Assembly (NCBI GenBank): GCA_964106915.2
Contig: OZ066922.1
Length of the DNA: 64,000 nt
Source of the DNA: Podarcis gaigeae
Lineage: Eukaryota
Reading direction: 5' to 3' (one strand)
Notes under the pieces: model-generated
The model's database searches: none
What the model was told of the DNA's origin: nothing
What the model saw: only the letters and a program-made list of their open reading frames with translations
Program-made: the position numbers and the translations under genes
Shown here: one piece after another, positions 12,350 to 25,792 of the stretch
Position numbering within the stretch: position 1 is the first letter of the stretch
Layout of the letters: the number at the start of each line of letters is the position of its first letter

Positions 12350-12575
12350 CAGTGGTACCTCGGGTTACAGACACTTCAGGTTACAGACTCCGCTAACCCA
12401 GAAATAGTACCTTGGGTTAAGAACTTTGCTTCAGGATGAGAACAGAAATCGTGCTCTGGCACCGTGGCGGCAGGGGGAGGCCCCATTAGCTAAAGTGGTG
12501 CTTCAGGTTAAGAACAGTTTCAGGTTAAGAACGGACCTCCAGAACGAATTAAGTACTTAACCCGAGGTACCACTG
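12350..12575. mobile_element. Tc1/mariner-superfamily (Tigger/pogo-like) MITE
   Basis: TIR cagtggtacctcgggtta / taacccgaggtaccactg; TA on both sides; same family at 35054 and 46041. Confidence 0.92.
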
Positions 12576-14234
12576 TATTTATGAAAGGGCTTAACTGGGA
12601 GATTTCACTGAAGCTAAAGAACAGCAAGAAGTGGTCTCTGAACTGCTTGATGAGTTGATAATTAACTATTATAGTTCTCTAGTATCTAACATGTAGTATT
12701 TAATCTTAGATGAGGTGACAAAGATATTTGGTTGAATAAACATCCATTTTGAAAGGGAGTTCCTTGAGTCTTTGTTGTCAGGCTCCGTAAGAGTAAAATG
12801 TCTTTCCAGGAGTGGAATGCAGGCTAATGAAACCTGTGTGAGAGAGAGCTATGTCTGTCAGCTCTGATTATAAGTTTATTTTACTTCTTTTGAACAAGTA
12901 TAGTTTTGAACAACCTAATGGGTCTGGAAAATGCTTCATTCCAAAAAGAATAAGTATTTTTATGCACCCAGTCACTTCAAACTGCACAGTATTAATATTT
13001 GCAATAGGCCACACTTGACGTCAGTGGGAAAAAGGGGCTGTAGGAATGTAAAGCTTCTCCATGCATTTGGGAACCCTGACTGGACATGCCCCTAATCAGG
13101 TGAAGCAGCTGTATGTGCACAGAGCTGTGAAGCGGGCTGCATGAATATCACAAGAAGTGGGAAATCAAGTAAGTACTATACAATATAGTTGTATCCAACA
13201 CTACTTTGTCTTCCTTCCCTTCCCCGGCGTGCCCTCAAGTTCTCCAAAGCATCTGGGGCTGTTTTTGAGGACACACAGGGGCTGGAAGGAACAGGAGAGG
13301 GAAAAGAAGTTCCATTATGCACAAGGAAGTGAAGCCCAGCCTATTTTTTTTTTTAAAAATGTAGCACATTTACACATCTCCACTACAGCTTTTTTTTTTT
13401 TGCCTCCTGAAGCCAGCTCCACACAGCCTGAGACCAGAAACAAATTTGTGATGTTTGAAGTAAACCAATTCTCATGTTTAGTTTTGCTGATATCGTTTCA
13501 ATTAGCTAAAAAGAACCCATTACCAACTATTGAACTGTGGCTCGTTAGAACCCATTAGCTGTAGGGTGTTCACATGTGATGACCCAGAATCACATTTAGG
13601 CTGATGGAGCTCTGGGTAAAAATTGCTGACAGATCCTTCCACATCCAGCCATGTGCATTACTTTATGAAATTGTGGTTTATCTGCTCTCAGAGCCTTTTA
13701 AAACTATTATAGGTTAACAGACTTCAGAGCATTTGTGAGAAATGCTGTGCTCTTTGGCTTCTCACTTTGAATTAAAAGTATGCAACAGGCAGGGAATGAA
13801 CACACTTCAAGGAGAGATGTGTCACAGCCAAAATGTAGTAAAAATGGGCACTTTTAGTGATGCTTTGATTGACAATCATACTATAAAATCCTGGGAAATG
13901 GATGGGAATCCTATTGATTGATAGGAAGTGGTAACCATTCTATTCACAAAGGCTCAGAAGAAGTCAGGTACTAAGTTTCCGAAAAAGAGATGATGAGAAA
14001 TAAAAATTGGATTCTGGCTTTGCTCTTAAGTTGGCTAGGTCTGGAACATGAACAGATATTGCTTTGGGACTAACACTGTCTGAACTGGCTGTTTCTCCCT
14101 TATCATTCTTCCTCAATTCGTACATTTTCCACTGTATTGCTATATAGAGATCCTGGCAGCTGCCAGCATCCATGTCAAAAGTTCCATTTGCTGAAATGTC
14201 TTCATAGTATCTGTCCACATATTTAGAGGGATAA

Positions 14235-14471
14235 TGTTATGTATTGAAGTTCTCACCCCGGCCACCAGGGGTATCATGTATATAGTTTTCACTCAGGTCC
14301 ACATCAGTTAATTTAGGCGGGAAACCCTGGGTTGTTATTGTTGTTACAATGTTGATAGCCAGCTGCCTATAAAAGCTGTTCACTTCAGTTCAGTTCCATC
14401 TTACTTATAAAGAACTACCAGTACTTGGAGAAATCTCTGTGTCGTCTGCTATGTCCACCCACTATTTAATA
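14235..14471 (+). mobile_element. Solo LTR, 237 bp
   Basis: TGTTA...TTAATA (decayed TTAACA); perfect 5-bp TSD gataa at 14230-14234 and 14472-14476; TATAAAA at 14368-14374; both ends match the LTR at 63658. Confidence 0.85.
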
Positions 14472-14769
14472 GATAATTGGGGAGAAATTTGAATATGTGT
14501 TTTAATAATCTTTGATATCTCCTGATAAATTTGATTCCAGAATAAATGCTACTAGAGATGGAAGAAAATTTATTTGCTCCCACAACCTCTCTAACAGTTC
14601 AGAGATGAATTGGAAATAAGGTGAGATGGCGGAACAGGTGTACATTGCCATTGGTGTATAATTTTTAGGGAACATTCTCTCTCAAGTGCAGATATTGATT
14701 TGTACAGCTTAGAATTCCAAAGTGCACTCCAGTCCACATAACTCTACTTTTCAACCCACAATATAATCT

Positions 14770-15220
14770 GCCTTAAACAGCTCAGGACCGCAATACCTCA
14801 TGGACTGCCTCTCCCCATATGAACCAACCTGGACCCTGTGATAATCATCTAAGGCCCTTCTTCATGTGCCTTCTCCACAAGAGTTCCAGAGAGTGGCAAC
14901 ACAAGAGCAGGCCTTTTCTGCAGTGGATCCCCATTTGTGGAACGCCGTCCCCATGGAGGCTTGTTTGGCGCCATCATTATATATCTTTAGGCATCAGGCA
15001 AAAACTTTCCTCCAAAATCAGGCCTTTGGCATTAACTACCTGTGCTCTTTTAGAAATAGGCTGGATGCTCTTAGTTTCTTTTTTCCTCTTAGTTTTAATG
15101 TATCTATATGGGTTTTGGGGTTTTTTTGTCCATCTGTTTGGCTGGTTGTTTGTAAGGGAAAGCTACAACAAATTCAATAAATATTAATAGTAACAATGAT
15201 AATAATAATAAATGAATAAT
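14770..15220 (+). mobile_element. L2-clade LINE 3' fragment
   Basis: ORF2 C-terminus-like peptide ...RVATQEQAFSAVDPHLWNAVPMEACLAPSLYIFRHQAKTFL; AAT-rich tail; similar to 58140-58573. Confidence 0.75.
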
Positions 15221-17898
15221 AGATTGGATTCTTAAGCCATGCACTTGGTGCCTGCTTTTCTGAAGACAATCCGGGAATAGCAACATAGCTACAATCGTTT
15301 ACAATGACCTTTCTGAAGGAGGATTAAAAAAAAATCAGAAAAGCAGTCTTATTTTCTATGGCATTATATTTTCAACTCAGGAAAAGAGTCCTGCTACTGT
15401 AAGAGGTATTCATATTTTCAGTAACCATTTATCTGGCACTTAGAAATATTAATATATTAATGTGTTTCAGAAACATACATACGGAGTAATATAACTGTGC
15501 CATGTACCAGATCTGGAAGTCTCTCTGAGAGTACATCGATATACAGACACTCAGGCACTTACCAGCTGTGATTGCCAAAACTGCTTAGTAGCACAAGGCT
15601 ATTCATTTCAAAACTAGCTGCCTGTTACTTTACGTGTGACATTTATGCTATTAATATTGATCTACACAAATGCATTTGCAGTATCTTGTTAACATTAGTT
15701 GCTCTTTAGAATCCGCCATGAGTTCTGGGGGAAATGCCTTAAACAGTTCATGCCAGGATGTGTCCTGAGTCAATCCCATTTCAAGGTTAAAGAATAGAAT
15801 TCTGCATTGGATACCCATCAGTCTTCAGTGACGTAACAGGCAAATAGCATCTGCATTCAATTCTTCAGATAGGAATGTCACACTACTACTTCACTTACAG
15901 CTGCACAGAAAGGGTAGGAAAAAGGAGAAAATAGATCCTTCATTCTTTGCCACAATTCACTGTTTAATAGATGGGTTCTCAAGCTTTGGGAAGAGGGAGC
16001 AGTCCTTATAGGTGAAGTGGTACTTCAGTTTAATATGGAAAACATCATGTTCTTTCATTTCAAAGAAATGAAGAAGATAGTTGGAGCTGAACTAAAAATC
16101 TTCATTAGAAGCATAGCTGATGAGAATGTGGGCTCTTGACTAAGGACAATTTTTATATTTATATTTATTTTTAAAGAAACACATTTAAAACTCCTGTTTT
16201 ACAACATCCTTCTTGCTGTTCCTTATCACAGCATGGTGGAATTAGATGATTTGATATGTTCAAAATGGTACATATAACTTTGGTAACATACTTCTTGATG
16301 ACTGTTTACATCCCTCCTTTCACCCCAAAATCAATGTATATTTCCTGCATAGGTGTGCCATAGTTTCATATACAGTGGCAAGGCTATAGTAGCTATAAGA
16401 GAGGGGAGAATCATTTATATACCTCATTGTGTATTTGCTTGGTAGGGTCATGAAGTTCTGGCAGAAAAAGCCTTTGTATTTCTGCTAGAATTTAACCTAC
16501 TCAACTGGATAAAAGCTATTTGTTTTAGATCATGCACTGAATCAATATTGGCTATGCTAAAAAGCCAAATTTTACTATCAGCCTGAATTCTGCAAGCTCC
16601 AAGGAATGAGAAAACTTTTCATGCACCAGCATTTCTGTTGGTGCAGACAAACTAATTGCCACTGGCAAAGTGACACTCAAAGGTATTCAGCAAATAAATA
16701 CATTTCCAATATACTCACTCCCCTCTTACAGTCATCTTATTAGCAGATTTGGCATGAGAAGCCAAGAGTTCTCCAGTTTGACAATTTTTACAATGGGAGA
16801 CCTTCATGCAATCCACTGTTAATTCTAATAATTATGCTCTTTCAAATCCTTTTATTCTTCAAGCAGTGTGTCTGGGAACATCTCAGACCTTTCAATGTTA
16901 AATGGAACTTTAAAAAGATAAACTAAATTAAAACCTTTTTCAACCTTGGCTGTAAGTGGCTGAATAGCTAGACATGCATATGCAGCCAGTGGGCTAAAGC
17001 CCTGGTAGCAACAGTTTGGTTGGATAAACAGAAACCCGGAGCACATGAGCATAAATAGAGTGAGACGGATGGATGGTAGGAAGTGCACACAGGTCTAGCT
17101 GTGCAAGTATGTCCTCAGCAAAGGCCTCTGTTAACTAAAGTCGGCAGGGACCTATCAATTTCACATGTGAGAAGACTGAGCATCCTTATGCCAAACCTTC
17201 TCAGAGTGAGAGTCTAAATCTGGTCTGTCCCTATGTTTACTCAGACCAGAGTCTGCTAATGTTTTCCGAGGGTAAAATGTATTAACCTGGACCTTGATGA
17301 AAACTGATTAGGAGACCTTCTACAGAGCTTTGGGGTATCACAGTACACATGGAATCTTTGAGACAACAGACTTGGGGCAAAAGGCCACTTGATATGCCTT
17401 GATTAGTCTGACTGTAAAGCTACCAGAATAGTGTATCCAGGAGAAAGAGAAAGAGGGAGAGAGATATGTAAGATGAGTAGCGTAAACTCAATAAAATATG
17501 CAATGAGTTAGAATTATGATTCTTCTAAGCGATATGGAATCAAAGATGTATATATAATATACAAAACACAAACGTCATGTAAATTACGGCATAGGAAAGC
17601 AAGATTAATAATGTACAACTTGTAATTTATATTGCACTGAACATATATCTGCACTGCTGAACTAAAAACTACAAAGCATGCTGTTGCTAGCAAACATGTT
17701 TGTACCTATTTTTCTTTTCCAGTTCTTTTCCAGTTAAATTTTTGCATCATATCAACATTAAATTTTCAATTTTCCTAGCATGTTTCAAGGATAAAAATTC
17801 CAGTATGACCTTCTGGCTGGCTGGCTAATTTTCCATAGGCAGGGATTTCTAAGATCCTGCGCACAATCAGAAATGGCACAGACCCAGCTGGTCTATAA

Positions 17899-18136
17899 CA
17901 GAGCTTTCCAAACTTTTCATGTTGGTTACACACATTTTAGACATGCATCATTTTGTGACACAGTAATTCAGTTTTGCATCAATTTTGTGACACAGTAATT
18001 CAGTTTTACTAGCAAACCAGAGGTTAAACTAGCCCCTTTCTAGCCCCGGGAGAAGCCTGGTGAGCGTTTCCACGACATACCTACACACTGCAGCTGACAC
18101 ACTAATGTGTCACGACACAGAGTTTGGAAAGCTCTG
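17899..18136. mobile_element. hAT (Charlie-like) MITE
   Basis: Perfect 16-bp TIR cagagctttccaaact; perfect 8-bp TSD gtctataa (17891-17898, 18137-18144); internal ~31-bp tandem duplication gcatca(a)ttttgtgacacagtaattcagtttt. Confidence 0.92.
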
Positions 18137-18569
18137 GTCTATAACGTGATTCCATCCAATACACAGAACAGTTATTTATGCTTTGATTGTCTTATGAGTA
18201 AAGACTATCCTACAATTACATGAAATGATGGCAGATATACCAGGGAGAAGACTATGAAAGCTTCAGTCTGTATAGCAGTATAGTAAATGAACTGCTCCTG
18301 CTGCTTCACTGTAAGCCAGTCACAAATCTTGGTGATTACATGAGAGATTATGGGAGGAAGATTTCAGTGCTTCTTAGCATGGAAATAGGGAGGTGGAAGT
18401 TGCTCAGATAATGTGATGCCAGCTTCAGTCTAAAATGTAACAATAAAGTTGAATTGATTTTGGCCTGTTCATATATTACAGGAACCTGCCAGGATGAGCT
18501 GAAAGAGGGAGACTCTCAGTAATATACGGTTAGAGAGTTATTGTAGTTAAGTCTTATGTGGCAAGGTAC

Positions 18570-18660
18570 CCTCAAGATATTTGGCGCTACAACTTCCCGA
18601 ATCCTTGGCCATTACCTAGTTTGGGCTGATGGGAGTTGTAGTCCAGGTTTTGGGAGGCTA
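18570..18660. mobile_element. Degenerate palindromic hAT-type MITE
   Basis: ctacaacttccc ... gatgggagttgtagtcc core shared with the 61793 family. Confidence 0.55.
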
Positions 18661-19130
18661 CTAGTGTCTGTCTGAGTCTCACCTTTCCAGGTGCCATGTC
18701 TGGTAGAATCCCAGCTGGGTTAGAGCCTTTGGATCCCAAACTCAGTGACAGTTAATGGTTGCGTGGTCTTCCATATTTTTTTTCTCTTGACATGAACCAA
18801 ATTAACCAGGGTTTATATATGAGCCATGATAAAGGCTATGGTCTGCCTTCACTATTGGATGCTGTATGCCAGCTGCTGGAAGCCACAAGAGGGGATAGGG
18901 CTTTTCCACCCCTGCTCTACATAAATTTTATTTTATTATTTCATGAAATTTATATACTGCTTGACTACAGATAAAACATAAAATTGTTTACAAAAACAGG
19001 ATATACTACAAAGGACTGGAGGGATCCAAGCCTAGCATTGTGAGCTGAAGAATGACTTCAGAAATGTAAAATAAAAACCTTTGGTGACAGGTTGCTATTA
19101 TTTTTATTAATTATTCCATCATCATTAAGA

Positions 19131-19132
<2 letters not shown>

Positions 19133-19182
<50 letters not shown>
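19133..19182. repeat. (TC)25 microsatellite
   Basis: Direct reading. Confidence 0.97.
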
Positions 19183-19186
<4 letters not shown>

Positions 19187-19881
19187 TTTAACTACACAAA
19201 GACATCAGCACAATGTACCAAAAGCTAAAAGGGGAAAGGCTCTCCTTGAGTTATTGAGCTGCATTGTTTATTACAGTCTGGGTTTTTTTTTTATAATGTT
19301 CACATTACAAATTTAAATGAGTAATTTAATCCCATTTTATTTCACTGTGACTAATCAAGATAGTTAAAATTCTATTACATTGCTGTATACATTCAATGGC
19401 TGTCAACTTTAAGTTAGTAATTAGACAGAAATAGAAATTTCCACCCTTTCTATAATCAAAATGATACTTATTGGATGCAGAGTAATCAAAAGCTGTTATC
19501 TATTGTTTGAATTGCAAAATTATTATGGCTAATTCAAGAAGTCTGTGACTTCATTTTGAAAATATAGGCATCATTTTGTTGAGCACCAGCAACATTTTTT
19601 AATGGGGAAGCTTTATAAATAATGAGTACTCATTTGTCACCGGAATAATTAGATTGGATGTAACTGCTTGAGTCAGACTGTGATAGTATTACTTTAGCTA
19701 AGCATAGAATGAAGAATTATATCATGATCTTCCCACTTGACTTCTGAATTGTGTATAAAGGAATTAAAAGATATGCCAGAAACAAATTATAACCACTTTA
19801 AGGTGCCTTAAGAGACGAAATACAATTTTATTATTTACATATAGTATTTGAATGCTGCCCAGTAACAGTGCTATTTAGTTA

Positions 19882-20088
19882 GGCTGTGTAATGGTTAAAC
19901 TGCTAGGAAGACACTCAGAAGACACAAGTTTGAATTCTTCGTCTGCCATGAAGCTCCCTGGCTCACCTTGGGCCAGTCACTATTTCTCAGCGTAACATAC
20001 CTCATAGGGTGGTTTTGAAGATAAAAAGCAGGGACACTATGTACACTGCCTTGAAAAATTGTGGGATAACATTGTGATTAAATAAATG
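19882..20088 (+). mobile_element. MIR/Ther1-related SINE (Squam3-like)
   Basis: gccatgaagctccctggctcaccttgggccagtcact..tctcagc.taac.tacctca.agggt core; taaataaat tail. Confidence 0.75.
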
Positions 20089-21999
20089 AAATTACTCCAG
20101 TGATTTAAGACTGAGCATTCCTGATGAGCACCTATGGTAAATCTAATTTGAGCTCCAGGGATTAAAACATGTTAGTTTAACACACACTGAAAGAGAAACT
20201 GAATAGTGAAATGGACACCTAGATGCAAGAATGTAAGCCTTTAGTCATGTGCAGTGAGTACTTGAGTAAGTGTGCAACTCAATAACAAAACAGTTTTTTA
20301 AAGGTCATAACCCCAGGCATAATTTTCCTGGCATTATTTAATTCCTCCCCGTTAAATGTACTCACAATGAGTATCAAGCACAAACGATGGGATTAGATCC
20401 AATCAGGCAGCTTAGCAGGTAAGTATGATCGTTCATCACAACAATCACTTGCAGGTGCAAAATTGATGACACTCGTCCTAAAATCATGCATCCCTTTCTT
20501 CTTCTGCAATTGACACAGTTAGAAACCAGGTGTAATTTTATCATCCAATAGCAGGGTAGGTGGGTGGAAGGGGGGACATCTTAAACCAGGGTAAAGATAT
20601 GTATGTGTGTATTCTTCTACATCTTTCCAGTTGAATCTAGTTTTGTCATTTTTGCTTCCACATGCTGCAGGCGTTAAACTGTGGAATATAAATAAAACAG
20701 GTATGGATATAAAGTACAGCAAGGGAAAATGTACCTAGCCATGCATGATTACTCACTTGAAGTTATTGTAATTTCCCCATTACCTTCCTGTAGCAGATGG
20801 CAGCAGCTTACATTCTGGCACTTACAGCCAATCATGCTTATCATACACTTTCTACAAAAGTCTTGAGATTCAAAGGGATGCAGGTGACTGGATGAGACTA
20901 ACTGCAGAGAAACATGTATCTTATCTGTGCAGGAAAATGCAAACATGAATAACATCAAGCTGTTGGTTTACTGTACAAGGCACATTCACACGGCCAATCT
21001 CCTATCATATGTGTGCCTTTAACAACCAAGCAAGACCCCGATGAGCTGATAAATAAAGATGGTCAACTTGGTTTGCATCCAGTGTTTGAATAATAATATT
21101 CTACACTAGTTTTTCCCACGCAGGACCTTATGGCTCCCTGCCCCCTCCAGGAGGCCACAGTTGAAAATTGTGTAAATGGGGGGCCACAGCACGAGGCTAG
21201 AGGGCCAAAGAGGGAAGTGAGAAGTGAAGGGGGGGAATCATTTTTTAAAATAAAAAAACCCCTGATTGACTGGCTATCCGCTTAGCCAGTCACAAGCAGG
21301 TAAGGGTCGAGCACTCCTTTTTGCCACGTGTGTTTTCTTGGGGCAGTCCTGGTTTGGGTTTTGTGGGAGAAGGCAATTGCTACGGCTCCCATTTTGAGCA
21401 GTTGGGCCCGCGATCCAGAACCCCCAGGTCAGGTAAGTGCAGCAGTGGGGTGGCAATGGGTAGGGCTGGGCAAGCCGGAGCTGCTTGTTGCTTCCACCAG
21501 TGCTGGGCCCGGAAGCAACCTGGGCCTGATTCTGCAAGGTGCAGGGTGCAATCCATCCCAGCACCTAGTGGACCAGGGCCTTTGGATGTTGCTGAGGGGC
21601 ATAGGACTCAGCGGCAGCGGCAGCCCGGCTCTTCAAAGTGTGGGGTGAAATCCACCCCAGCGCCTAGCCCAGCAGGGTCGTCTGGTGCTGCTGACTTGCA
21701 TCTAGTAAATAATTAAGTGTCTACTCAGAAGAAAGCCACACTGAGTTCAGTGGGTCTTACTTCCAGCTAAGGGTGTGTGGGGCTATAATGTTTTATCTAG
21801 GCAGCCAGGGCTCTTCTGGATGACAAGATCTTTTTGCACCAGGTCAGTGAGGACCAGTTGCTTTTAAAATTATCCCATACATACAGAACTCCCTGTGCAC
21901 CTTTTGGATTGTATCAGTAGGTTTCCCCCTCTGTGTTAAGTAACTAGGGTTAAATAAGTGTTGTTTACTTTTTATAATACGTGGAAAACAGATCTTCCT

Positions 22000-22160
22000 T
22001 GGGAGGTTCTGGACTCTTCTTCCTTGGAGGTTTCTAAGCAGTAGTTGGATGGTCATCTGTCATGGATGCTTTAGCTGAGTTTCCTACATTGCAGGGGGGG
22101 GGGGGGGGGTTGCACTAGATAGATGACCCTCGGGGTCTCTTCCAGCTCCATGATTCTATG
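22000..22160 (+). mobile_element. CR1 LINE 3' end
   Basis: tccttggaggtttctaagcag..ggatgg.catctgtca...gatgaccctcggggtctcttccagctccatgattctatg tail. Confidence 0.8.
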
Positions 22161-24300
22161 TTTTTCTCTGCTTCAACAATATTTCATTATGTTCCTATCA
22201 TTTAATGTAATTGTATTTTCTATACCATTGTAATTTTAAAAAATAAAACATGTTCTATTTACAAACAAAGCATTTATCTTTCTACCAGTCGGATAGGGGG
22301 GCATAGGCAGGATTTTTGTTTGGACCAGGCTTTTGTTAGGGGAGAAGAACCTCAGATTTGTATTGCTTTTTACTGATTTTTACTTGTGGGGGCAGCTGCC
22401 CCTCCCCCCCCGGCTACGCACAGGAAGGAAGCAAGGTCAGAAAGGGACCATGGTTGGGAAAAGGCTGGGAAACACATGGTTCCACACCATGACTTTTTGT
22501 ACTGTATTTGATTAATAGAAAAAGGAATCAACCTTGTTATGCATACAGATGATTACCAACTTCTCCAGAAGCTTTTGTCCATGCAGGCCTATTAAGCTCA
22601 TGGGGATATTCCCATTGCCTTCAGCAGGATATTCACTGACTGCATCAGTAATCCTCAGCCATGAAATGTAAACTGAAATTGTGTTTTGGTTTTTCAAGAA
22701 GCAATCCCACCTCATCCTTTGACCCATTCTGGAATGCTGCTTTAATGCTTTCATTTGAATAAAAAAGGGAAAAACATTTGCTTTTAGGGCTCTCGGCTTG
22801 CCCTAGTTGTAGCCCTTCTAGTTGTTGGACACAGTTAATCAAGTAACTAATAAAGCACTTTAGGAGATGTGCAGGTAAAGGCTGAACCAATATTGCAGAA
22901 TTATTATTAAATTTGTATACTGTCTTTCATCTGTAGATCTAAGGGTGGTTTACAACATAAAATTACAATATAAAAAAACCACACAATCCAATATAAAAAT
23001 AAGAAGAAAAACAAACCAATAATCTCCTCTCTTTCCCCTCATGAAATACAGACGTCTCTGGCTGTCTTTCATAGGTTGGTAATGACATTTTATTCCGGCA
23101 AGCTTTTGTCTGCTAAATATTTGCTGCAAAGGTCATGTTTTATCTGTGGCCTCTGCCTTGGCTGTATTTTTAAAGTAGAATTCTTTAACACACTTTGATT
23201 GTTATTTTTTTTTATTGCATTTTATGCCATTGGGTTTTAAATTGTGGTAACCAGCTCTGAGTAGGCACTTGAAGGGTGGGACAGAACTCTTGAAATTTAT
23301 GGGTCCAGCTCCGGAACTGGAAAAGGAGATGCTTCCTTTCCCACTGAGCATTTTAGCTGCTGCAAAAGCTCAAAATCCAGCTGTGTCCCTAACCTGCAGT
23401 ACAGGAATACTTCAGTCTTATCACTCCACCAGAAAAAAGCATGTCCCAGGAGCAATGCCATGTCATGCAGGAGCAATGCCATGGAAACTGCTGATGGAAA
23501 TTCTGGCCTATTTAATGCCGCACATGCATCTCTTGGATGGGCTAGTTTCCTATTGAAAAGGCAGTCAGACAAATCTTCTGCATTATCCCAAACGCAGAAT
23601 GGTAAAAGCTTTTATCTTTTCACTTCTGATAAATTGGCTGCCCTGCTGATTTTGAATCCAATGATTCTCCAGTAATTGAAGCCATCCAGATCCTAAATGA
23701 TGCACACTTAAGTAATACACTGTAAAGAATCTGCCCGTAGCAGCTCTCTAACATTAGTTCCTAGGATCCTGCCAAAAGGTGATAAGCCTCCAAATTGGTA
23801 TTACTGTTACGAGGTAAGAGCTCTGCTCATTACATGCTAAATCAATAAACTTTGAAGTTGTATTCTTCACTTTGAAGCTGACCAAGACTTCCTTTTGAAG
23901 CTTACTTTCATATATTTTACCATCCAAAGGAGAGAAGTGGCATAACCTAACACTTTTTCTACCAGAGGTAAAAGAAGCTTCAGTTTGAAAACAATGTAGG
24001 TGAGTGAGATCGGGGACAATCCTGTGTCAAGATCCACCAGGATGAGCAGCTTAGCATGCAACAGATTTCTGGCTCAGCTGGCTGATTCCTGGCTCAGCTG
24101 GCATTAAGTACCCAACCCCAGCTCAGCTGGCATAACTTGCTCATCCCAGCTGAGCTGGCTGAGCTGAGGCAGGTGTAAGTCTCAAAAATAAGGCATTCAG
24201 TGGGTGTGACAGGATCAGAGGGTGGGGGTGGGGGACTTGGGATGGATGCTAAGGCTGTTCAGTTAGGTTATGTGACCTGGAAACTTGGCATATAGCACTA

Positions 24301-24655
24301 CAGTGGTACCTCGCAAGACGAAATTAATTCGTTCTGCAAGTTTTTTCGTCTTGCGGATTTTTCGTCTTGCGAAGCACGGATTCCAACCCAAAATCCAAAC
24401 CCCCCCCAAAAAAGTTTTAAAAGTTTAATTTACCAAATGGCTGCAAAAGAAGTTTTGGAAAAGCTTCAAAAATCACCAAAGTCTTCAAAAACCTCAAAAA
24501 AGGCTCAAAAAAGGAAACAAACTTGCAAGACGTTTTCGTCTTGCGAAGCAAGCCCATAGGGAAATTCGTCTTGCAAAGCAACTCAAAAAACGAAAAACTC
24601 TTTCGTCTTGCGAGTTTTTCGTCTTACGAGGCATTCGTCTTGCGAGGTACCACTG
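24301..24655. mobile_element. Tc1/mariner-superfamily (Tigger-like) MITE, second family
   Basis: TIR cagtggtacctcgcaagacgaa / ttcgtcttgcgaggtaccactg; TA flanks; repeated ttcgtcttgcga motif inside. Confidence 0.92.
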
Positions 24656-25665
24656 TATTTTAATGGCTTGTTTTCCCTCAGCCAGGCTTGGCAGAAAGCA
24701 GGAAAAGCAGCTGTGCTACTGATCAGAGTTTGGATCTGGTGTAACTTTACAGTGGCTTAACTTCCACTGGCTTGCTTTCGGTCAGCTTCTTGAGCACTGG
24801 ATTGCTCCCATAGTTGTGTAGCGAACCACTGTAATGTTGATTTACCTTTTTAAAAATACTTTTTTCTGGTATGTGTGTGTTTGCAATTGATATAAAATCT
24901 TACCACACACACAGATAGAGAGATAGTATACTACCCTTTTTCTGTATATCAGGGCAGGTCACAACATCAAATACAATATAAAAACACAAAATACATGGCG
25001 ACAAGCAAAAGATCAAAAAACAAGAACAAATGCCCTCAAACAAAGGAACAGCACAATTATTATGCTCTTAGAATAAAAAGAGGTATGTGTATCCTCAACG
25101 ACATGACTTTAATTTTTATAAAGTGAATGTTGAAGGAAGTCTATGGTTGCAATGCTAAGTAAAATTATATGCAATTAAATTTTACTTTAATGTTGTAAGC
25201 TGCCTTGTTATAGGTTGGCCAATAAATGTTGTAAATAAAATAAATAGATCCCACTGAAATAAATGTAATTTTATTTTCATATATACATTGACAATGAGGT
25301 TGCATGCCCTTGCAATATGAAACAGAATGCAAACTTATATCCAATTATAAATTCAAGTTGTTGACAAAGCCAGTTAAAACTGTTACGTTAGGGTTTTTTT
25401 TTTGGTGATGGGAGTGATGTTTCTATCAAATGAAGGGCCACAATTCTACGACAAAGGCAAACGATCTAACCAATATTTTTAGTCAACTACTGGTACCAAA
25501 AAGTAAAGCGAAATATACCAAGCATGAAATCAATTCTGAAAACTGAGGTGGGAGGGATTAATAAACTAATCAATCTATAAATTTAAAAGTAGGGTCATAA
25601 GACCTTCTACTTTAAACTTAATAATCTATAGAAAGATTTCAGTAGGAATAAATGTTTTAGAAAAA

Positions 25666-25792
25666 CAGTGTTCTCCAACCTGGTGGCCTACTGATATTTT
25701 GGACTACAACCCCCCCCCCATTGTTCATGACCATTGGCCATGCTGTCTGTGGCTGACGGAAATTGTATTCTTAAATAAATTGGGGAAGGCTG
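25666..25792. mobile_element. Degenerate palindromic hAT-type MITE
   Basis: cagtgttctccaacct..ttggactacaac... ttggggaaggctg; same family as 61793. Confidence 0.6.

Noticed and set aside
13964-14218. 84-aa minus-strand ORF with protein-like composition
   Set aside because: GTG start, no convincing splice signals, no recognised homology.
20366-20477. Minus-strand AG...GTGAGT exon-like segment
   Set aside because: Stops in all three frames; a non-coding exon cannot be supported from sequence alone.
21110-21700. GC-rich patch as CpG island or exon
   Set aside because: Few CpGs and no motif; more likely an old transposon interior, but termini and TSD could not be defined.
23447-23483. Short tandem duplications (also 44373-44409 and 46702-46730)
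   Set aside because: Ordinary 15-21 bp slippage duplications with no further structure.
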